Below are positions 57,979 through 64,000 of a DNA stretch of 64,000 bases, piece after piece. A program made the position numbers and the translations under genes. Position 1 is the stretch's first letter; every line of letters starts with the position of its first letter. Under the pieces are notes generated by a model that had not been told where the DNA came from, made no database searches, and saw only the letters and a list, made by a program, of their open reading frames with translations. Origin of the DNA: Strigamia acuminata (lineage: Eukaryota); the NCBI GenBank assembly GCA_949358305.1, contig OX442314.1:3472001-3536000 (forward strand), in the 5' to 3' direction.

Positions 57979-58928
57979 TTTTTAATGTCGATGAGATCAT
58001 CCACCCATGAATTATGCTTCTGATCGTAGCCGACCCATTTCACTAGGTACTTCCATGATCCATCGCTGTTTTTCTTTTTTCTAATGACTTTCTCGATCAA
58101 GTAGGGATCATCTACCCTGGTTTCAGTTTTTTGGAGTTCTTCACGGTAAAAGGAACCTTCGATCGATTCTCCCAAACTGTCTTTCAATTTGAAAATTGGA
58201 GGTTCATACGTCGTGTCCACTTTATCAATTGTAAAGATTTCATTAGTCCAATTTTGCAAAAACCCTTTGTCAAATATGGATTTGGATTTGGAAATACGCA
58301 CTCGGTCGCCCACTTTGAATTTAGGCTTGGACGTTGCTGGTTCGGGAAGTAATTTTAGTCTGAGCGCCTTTTCATGTTTGGGAGCCACATCTTTGGGTTT
58401 CATGTTGGTCGTACGGTGAACCGAAGAGTTATAACGGGTCATCAATTGGGGTAAGATAGTAATCCAATTCCTCGAACCTTTCAAAGTAAAATGCCTGTAC
58501 ATGCGCTCTTTGAGCGTGCGATTGAACCGCTCGACCATGCTCGCTTTCAACGGCGAGTGTGTGGAAAAATGGTTGATGTTGAACTTTTTGACCAGTGCCT
58601 TGAAATGGGAATTGTAGAATTCTTTCCCCCAATCGGATGCCATGTTGACCGGCCCCTTATTCCCCGCTTTGACAAGCACCTTTTCAAATGCAGCGGTTAC
58701 CTCTTTGCCAGTCTTTGATTTGATGGGAACCGCATACGCATATTTAGAGAACGCATCTATAACCGTTAATAAGTATTTATAACCTTTGTTTACACGGGAA
58801 AAAGGTATCAATTCGACTAAATCGATCTGCCATAAGTCGTTGATTGCAAAAGATACGACCGGACGTCTGACGTAATGCCTACGTGCCGGCTTATGTAATT
58901 CAGATACCAGTTGTTCTATGTCAGGCAT
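57975..58928 (-). CDS. Maverick retroviral-like integrase with C-terminal chromodomain
   Basis: WQIDL, SDWGKEF and VERFNRTLK form the DDE triad; YLIEKVIRK..YLVKWVGY..HNSWV chromodomain. Confidence 0.95.
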   Translation of the reverse strand: MPDIEQLVSELHKPARRHYVRRPVVSFAINDLWQIDLVELIPFSRVNKGYKYLLTVIDAFSKYAYAVPIKSKTGKEVTAAFEKVLVKAGNKGPVNMASDWGKEFYNSHFKALVKKFNINHFSTHSPLKASMVERFNRTLKERMYRHFTLKGSRNWITILPQLMTRYNSSVHRTTNMKPKDVAPKHEKALRLKLLPEPATSKPKFKVGDRVRISKSKSIFDKGFLQNWTNEIFTIDKVDTTYEPPIFKLKDSLGESIEGSFYREELQKTETRVDDPYLIEKVIRKKKNSDGSWKYLVKWVGYDQKHNSWVDDLIDIKK

Positions 58929-59414
58929 TTTTTTTTTTTTTTAGTCCCATTCCCAGTTTAAGTTTGGTATTGAACGTTGCTTTGATTGCTTTGGCGGCTA
59001 ATTTTGTGCTTAAACTGACTGTTGGATCGGAGATGATTAAAACACATGCTTCGACCAACTTTCTGTCTGCTTCGTGTCTGGCTTCTAAGTTCTCATTTAT
59101 GTAAGCAATGTCGTGCAGCTTGCACGCTTCATCCAATGGGTTTATGCCTTTATCACCTCTAGCTAAACGCTTATCTAATTTTGTGCCTGGACCGCAATAA
59201 TTGTACCCAGGGATATGCATTTCTACCGGTAATTTATTGATTAGTTTATTCAAAAGTCCTTTTCCGGTTGCTGGAGATTTTTTTTTTTTATGAACTGATA
59301 TTTCAAGGTCCCGCATGCCAAGCATTTACCTCTTTTGTAGGCTCTGTTGTTTTTAGTGACTCCCATTTCCAACGTGCCGGTAGGAGTAGACTTTTTACAT
59401 TTAACGCAAAACAT
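58921..59414 (-). CDS. Zinc-ribbon plus parvovirus-type phospholipase A2 protein, split by a frameshift in an A12 run
   Basis: PLA2 motifs YNYCGPG and LDEACKLHDIAY (58921-59316). The upstream frame 59414-59250 encodes MFCVKCKK..TKNNR..GKCLACG..F. Confidence 0.85.
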
Positions 59415-59450
59415 GTTTGTCTTCTTTTTTTTATTACGGGAATATAAAAA

Positions 59451-60128
59451 ATGAATGTCATAAATTTTGACACGGGGCGTTTGGATAAATGTGATAAGTC
59501 GATTCTGCCAAAAAACATAAGATGCATCATATGTGGCCCGGCTGAATGTGGGAAAACGAATCTGTTGCTAAACTTCCTGCATTGGCTACGGTTCGACAAG
59601 CTGATGGTGTTTTCTAAAACTTTATTTCAACCAAAATACGAGCGGTTAAGAGAGTTGTTCGAGGATCTAGAATCGGAATTGGGCAAACAGGTAGCTCATT
59701 TCTTCCCGAGCAACGAGGATGTGCCGTCTCCCGAACAACTTTTTGATAAATCCGTGAACAAGTCTATTTTTGTGTTTGATGATGTGATGACCGACAAGCA
59801 ACATAATATTGAGAAATATTTTGCCCAGGGCCGTCATAGTAACGTAGACTCTTTTTACTTGTGTCAGACTTATAGCCGAATCCCAAAACAGGTGATAAGA
59901 GACAATGCCAATTTAATAATCATGTTCAGACAAGACGAAAGAAACATGAAACACGTTTTTGACAACCATGTTGGAACGGACATGACGTACGTTCGATTCA
60001 GAGACATGTGTAAGTCGTGTTGGGATGATGATACGTTTGGCTTTCTCACCATTGACAAGACCAAGTCTATGTCGAGCGGGAGATATAAAAATAAATTTTC
60101 CCCATTTTTAAAAAATGAACATGAATAA
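59451..60128 (+). CDS. A32/FtsK-like genome packaging ATPase
   Basis: Walker A GPAECGKT, Walker B IFVFDD, QGRH arginine finger, LCQTY, IRDNA. Confidence 0.93.
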   Translation: MNVINFDTGRLDKCDKSILPKNIRCIICGPAECGKTNLLLNFLHWLRFDKLMVFSKTLFQPKYERLRELFEDLESELGKQVAHFFPSNEDVPSPEQLFDKSVNKSIFVFDDVMTDKQHNIEKYFAQGRHSNVDSFYLCQTYSRIPKQVIRDNANLIIMFRQDERNMKHVFDNHVGTDMTYVRFRDMCKSCWDDDTFGFLTIDKTKSMSSGRYKNKFSPFLKNEHE

Positions 60129-61338
60129 ACAGCAGCGTGGAAATTACGAGAAATTAAAACAGAGCTTGAAAAAAAAGTTTCTGCAAGATAAGTTAAACAG
60201 AGGATCCGAAGATGAAGCGCTCGGTGCATTCTTCAAACCTGTAACTGCTGCATTGCATAGCCTGCCGCAGCAGCAGCAGCAACTATCTCCACCCCTTGCT
60301 CTACCACCTACGACTTTCAAATCCTCACCTTCCACTCCCATTAAAAGAGAGTTGTCATCTTTCACACCCATTACAAGTAAGTCCCATAATTTAAAGTACG
60401 AAATGGATCTAGAATCACCGCTCTTACCTTGGGAAAGTTCATCCTTAAAAAGGCAGTTCAGTCGCCAAAGCTTGTCCTCGAGTAAAATTGAAACTCCTCG
60501 ACTTAAGTTTGGCCGGGATGATGGGAATGAAGAGGAAAATGTTTCATTTCAAAGAGAGGGAGAGACGAGCCTCGTAGAAGATGATGTTGATGATGATGAT
60601 TGGCAATTTGCTCATGTGCTTCCAAATATAAAATATCAACGCGACATAAGAAAAAGTCTCGAATTAAAAATGACGGACAAAGAATCGGAAAACGCAGTAC
60701 AGCAAGAGTTCTTGAAATATTACGCCGAAAATGCGGCTCATTTAGATACGGTGTTTGGAATTAGATATGACCCGTATGATTCAAAATTTAAAATAGGAGT
60801 CGAAGAAGTTAAATTCTTTCCAACTCATATACTTGTGAAAAACGTAAAGTATCCACGAACTCCAACATTAATGCATCTCCTCATGCAAAAACTTCCACCG
60901 ATTGAAGGAACTATGACAGACCAAAATTTTGTGGATTACGGCAGGATTCTCATTTCTAGTCAAGGGTTATTTAAAAAGAACAATTCGGCAACTAATATGC
61001 CAAAGTCTAGTAAAGGAGAAAAGTATATGACAGTGGTTAAACGAATTTGGGAACTGTATAAAAATCGTCCAAAGACAACATCCCAAGCTGGCAAGAACAC
61101 ACCCCAAGCTGGCAAAGGTGTCACGAAAACGTTTCGGCCGCACAACTCCGTAGACTACAAGTATTACAATAACCCGGACGAATTAATAGACAGGCTGCGA
61201 TTGTTGCATGCATCACGGGATGCTGGAAACCAGTCTCACGACAACGAAATTGTGGAAATACTTATGGAACTGAAAGAGGAAAGAATCCTCGATAAAACCA
61301 AGTTTGAAAACATGCGAAAGAAAATTCTCGCGAATTAA
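60115..61338 (+). CDS. Conserved Maverick hypothetical (putative virion core) protein
   Basis: DTVFGIR..FKIG.. region and C-terminal YYNNPDELIDRLRLLHAS.DAGN.SH.NEI..I..EL, typical of invertebrate Maverick ORFs. May start at 60121. Confidence 0.75.
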   Translation: MNMNKQQRGNYEKLKQSLKKKFLQDKLNRGSEDEALGAFFKPVTAALHSLPQQQQQLSPPLALPPTTFKSSPSTPIKRELSSFTPITSKSHNLKYEMDLESPLLPWESSSLKRQFSRQSLSSSKIETPRLKFGRDDGNEEENVSFQREGETSLVEDDVDDDDWQFAHVLPNIKYQRDIRKSLELKMTDKESENAVQQEFLKYYAENAAHLDTVFGIRYDPYDSKFKIGVEEVKFFPTHILVKNVKYPRTPTLMHLLMQKLPPIEGTMTDQNFVDYGRILISSQGLFKKNNSATNMPKSSKGEKYMTVVKRIWELYKNRPKTTSQAGKNTPQAGKGVTKTFRPHNSVDYKYYNNPDELIDRLRLLHASRDAGNQSHDNEIVEILMELKEERILDKTKFENMRKKILAN

Positions 61339-61365
61339 AAAAAAGTAATAATAATCGTGATTACC

Positions 61366-62127
61366 ATGTCTATCGTACTAAGCAGTACGAAATCGGATTT
61401 CCTCACTACTTTTAGCTCACCTTTAATTTTGGGTGACGACGAATACGAATTGGGATTAGTGAGCCTCGAGACATTTTACACAATGCCAAATATAACCGAG
61501 GACAACAACGTGTTCAAATACTACACTGTTGAAGTAGATGTGAACGTCCCCGCTCGTATTATAGGTACGCTCAACTACGACATCATCGTTCCCGTGGGTT
61601 GTTACGAACTTGCCGACATTATCTCGTACATACATACCGAAATGAAATCCAGAGGACACTGGAATATGAAAGACGACGCACCTTTCATCGACATCGTGGC
61701 CAATTATAATACTCTGTCCACGACATTAGTGATTAGCGATGCCAGTTACGGGGCCAATTTTTCGGAAAATAGAAGTATGGCTAAATTATTCGGTCTCAAA
61801 ACAAAGAAATACGGTGTAGGTAGAAGCGAATCCATTAATCCGGTGAACATTTTTCACATTAACACTATCCTGGTCCATTGTGATCTTATTACCGACTCTT
61901 ATAAAAACGGGAAGACGGCTCCGATCATATACGCATTTTTTCCTAATGTCCCGCCAGGCTTCAAAATAGTAGAAATGCCGTATAACATAGTTTACTTGCC
62001 GGTGAAAAATCAATCTAAAATACACGAAGTCAGGATCTGGTTGACCGATCAAGACGATAAACCACTGAATCTGAGAGGAGAAATTTTTACTACACGTTTA
62101 CACTTACGAAAATTAATTAAAGCGTAA
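61366..62127 (+). CDS. Minor capsid (penton-like) protein
   Basis: YELGLVSL, PNITEDNN, VPVGCYE, VHCDLI, P.GFKIVE.P...YLPV, DQD..LNLRGE...LHLR. Confidence 0.85.
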   Translation: MSIVLSSTKSDFLTTFSSPLILGDDEYELGLVSLETFYTMPNITEDNNVFKYYTVEVDVNVPARIIGTLNYDIIVPVGCYELADIISYIHTEMKSRGHWNMKDDAPFIDIVANYNTLSTTLVISDASYGANFSENRSMAKLFGLKTKKYGVGRSESINPVNIFHINTILVHCDLITDSYKNGKTAPIIYAFFPNVPPGFKIVEMPYNIVYLPVKNQSKIHEVRIWLTDQDDKPLNLRGEIFTTRLHLRKLIKA

Positions 62128-62137
62128 TTAAAAAAAC

Positions 62138-62299
62138 ATGCCGTTAATTTTTAATAAGAACGTAACGGCAAGTAATACCCCCAGCACCAGCTCCAACACT
62201 GCCACTGTCAAGACACCCTCGTCGATTAGAGGTGGAAATATAAAAATTATAAAGTCTTCGATACGGCCAGATAATCGAGAATATATAAATTCTTTTTAA
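62138..62299 (+). CDS. Small basic Ser/Thr-rich protein (53 aa) between penton and hexon
   Basis: AAAAAAC-ATG context, 10 nt after the penton stop; contains IRGG-N. Confidence 0.55.
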   Translation: MPLIFNKNVTASNTPSTSSNTATVKTPSSIRGGNIKIIKSSIRPDNREYINSF

Positions 62300-62502
62300 A
62301 AAAAATATATATTAAGTAATTAATTAAATACCGTAATTCTTTTTAAAAAAAATATATATTAAGTAATTAATTAAGTAATTCTCTTTTAAAAAATATATAT
62401 ATATTAAGTAATTAATTAAGTAATTCTTTTTAAAAAAATATATATATTAAGTAATTAATTAAGTAATTCTTTTTAAAAAATATATATATATTAAGTAATT
62501 AA
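62288..62502. repeat. AT-rich ~43-bp tandem repeat (~5 copies) upstream of the major capsid gene
   Basis: AATTCTTTTTAAAAAA(TA)nTTAAGTAATTAATTAAGT repeated. Confidence 0.85.
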
Positions 62503-62514
62503 AAAATAGCGACG

Positions 62515-63834
62515 ATGCAAGTCTCCGAGAATTATTTGGATGTCGAACAACCATTCGTCGTCGATGAATCTGTTAATGCCTACAACTACCACGAATATTA
62601 TCCTATTATAGGAACTAATTTAAATAATGTGAATTCCGAAATTCGATTAATCATTCAAAACGAAGATGTATGGACTCACCCTCATAAAAGTTACGTCTGC
62701 ATAACAGGAAGATTAGTGAAAGCGGATGGTACAGACCTTATCGCTCAAGCTGATGAACAAGACCATATAATAACGTTAGGAAATAACTTTATGCCATTTT
62801 TGTTCAGCAACATGAAATATCACATAGGTGATAAATTAATAGACGAAATAAATTATCCGGGTTATGCTACCACTATTAAGGGCTTACTAACGTACAAACA
62901 GCTCCAAAATTCGAGCGGAAATATGGGATGGATAGTAGATCATCACAAGGGCGAAGCATCGGATACTCTTAATCCCGCTTTTCTAGAACGTAGAATATTT
63001 TACAACATAATGCCAACGCCCAAAGGATCGTTCTCTTTGTTAGTACCGTTAACACATTTAATGGGATTTTTCGAAGACTATACGAAAATCATATATGGTG
63101 CCAAACAAGTTTTGACCTTAATGCGAACTCACGACAACGATGCCATTTTTAAAGCGATACAGTCCGGTCCCGCCCCAAAAGTAAACACCCCCGTTGGAAA
63201 AATTATCATCGAACAGTTATATTGGTTGATGCCGCACGTCTTACCGTCCGATATCCAAAAGAATAGATTACTCACTGCCATAGATAGAGGGGTGAACGTT
63301 CCATTAGCTTTTCGACATTGGTCGTTCGAAATGACAGACGTGCCACAAAGTAAGGAACACGCGTGGAGAGTGGTAACAACCAGCACGTCAGAAAAACCAC
63401 GTTACATCATCGTGGCTTTACAAACGAATAAAAGAGACGACCAATTAAAAAATCCAGCCACATTTGATAACTGCAATGTAACGGAAGTTCATGCCTACTT
63501 AAATTCGGAACGATATCCTTATCTGGACAGTAACAATGATTTTAAGAAAGCCAATTTCTGTAAATTCTTAGAAAGTTGCATTCAATTTAGAAAAGACTAT
63601 TACGGTGCCGACGATTTACCGTTTAATACTTACGAGTACGGAAATATATACCCGCTCATCGTAATAGATTGCACGAAACAAAGCGAAAGAATGAAAACCG
63701 GAATAATGGACGTGCAAATAAAAATGAAATTTGCGGAAACCGTTCCTGCCGACACTAAAGCCTACGCTTTGATAATAAGCGATAGACTAATGACTATGAA
63801 ATTAGACAAGGGTAAAATCGAAGTATTATATTAG
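62515..63834 (+). CDS. Major capsid protein (double jelly-roll, hexon-like)
   Basis: YHEYYP..GT.LN, THPHKSY, VPLTHLMGFFEDYTKII, EKPRYIIVALQT, LNSERYPY, PLIVIDCTKQ.E: Maverick MCP-type motifs. Confidence 0.9.
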   Translation: MQVSENYLDVEQPFVVDESVNAYNYHEYYPIIGTNLNNVNSEIRLIIQNEDVWTHPHKSYVCITGRLVKADGTDLIAQADEQDHIITLGNNFMPFLFSNMKYHIGDKLIDEINYPGYATTIKGLLTYKQLQNSSGNMGWIVDHHKGEASDTLNPAFLERRIFYNIMPTPKGSFSLLVPLTHLMGFFEDYTKIIYGAKQVLTLMRTHDNDAIFKAIQSGPAPKVNTPVGKIIIEQLYWLMPHVLPSDIQKNRLLTAIDRGVNVPLAFRHWSFEMTDVPQSKEHAWRVVTTSTSEKPRYIIVALQTNKRDDQLKNPATFDNCNVTEVHAYLNSERYPYLDSNNDFKKANFCKFLESCIQFRKDYYGADDLPFNTYEYGNIYPLIVIDCTKQSERMKTGIMDVQIKMKFAETVPADTKAYALIISDRLMTMKLDKGKIEVLY

Positions 63835-63844
63835 ATTTTAAAAT

Positions 63845-63992
63845 AATATATACGTATATAAAATATATATAAATATATATAATATATAATATATATATAA
63901 TATATATATATATATAATATATATATAATATATATAATATATAATATATAATATATATAAATAAATATATATAAAATAATATATACGTATAT
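63845..63992. repeat. Imperfect (AT)n low-complexity tract
   Basis: Direct reading. Confidence 0.9.
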
Positions 63993-64000
63993 AAAAAAAG

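Larger units (their letters stand above)
56175..63834. mobile_element. Maverick/Polinton (adintovirus-like) element, partial view
   Basis: Intronless, tightly packed protease, integrase, PLA2, ATPase, minor and major capsid genes. pPolB and TIRs are not seen; boundaries are approximate. Confidence 0.93.

Overview
Repeat-dense eukaryotic DNA, probably from an invertebrate; an arthropod is suggested by an MBD-bearing Copia element. (1) 1-19 kb is a triple nest of LTR retrotransposons. An intact, very young Ty1/Copia element (22-5941; LTRs identical by eye, TSD GGCGT) carries a methyl-CpG-binding-like (MBD) domain between integrase and RT and is inserted in the integrase zinc finger of a Ty3/Gypsy element (Gypsy-1). 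Gypsy-1 gag is in turn interrupted by a second Gypsy (Gypsy-2), which has a -1 frameshift signal and an extra spliced ~825-aa non-env gene next to its 3' LTR. (2) 19.1-23.7 kb is a giant foldback of inverted 56-bp CpG-rich hairpin arrays, followed by a second degenerate palindrome; Gypsy-2 breaks off here. (3) 23.7-53.4 kb is a CpG-rich block of compact intron-containing genes whose exons I could splice in phase by hand: a 6-exon piggyBac-like transposase, a 9-exon double-zinc-finger/PHD protein ending in a PWWP3(MUM1)-C-terminal-like domain, an opposite-strand paralogue with a decayed PHD exon, and four small orphan nuclear-type genes. This block is the best candidate for an undescribed system, namely a giant cargo-carrying DNA transposon encoding chromatin regulators, but I could not see its termini. 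(4) After a 200-N gap lies a Maverick/Polinton (adintovirus-like) segment: protease, chromodomain integrase, zinc-ribbon/PLA2, packaging ATPase, a conserved hypothetical protein, and minor and major capsid genes. Its DNA polymerase is not in the window. All domain calls are by-eye motif recognition; no database searches were run.
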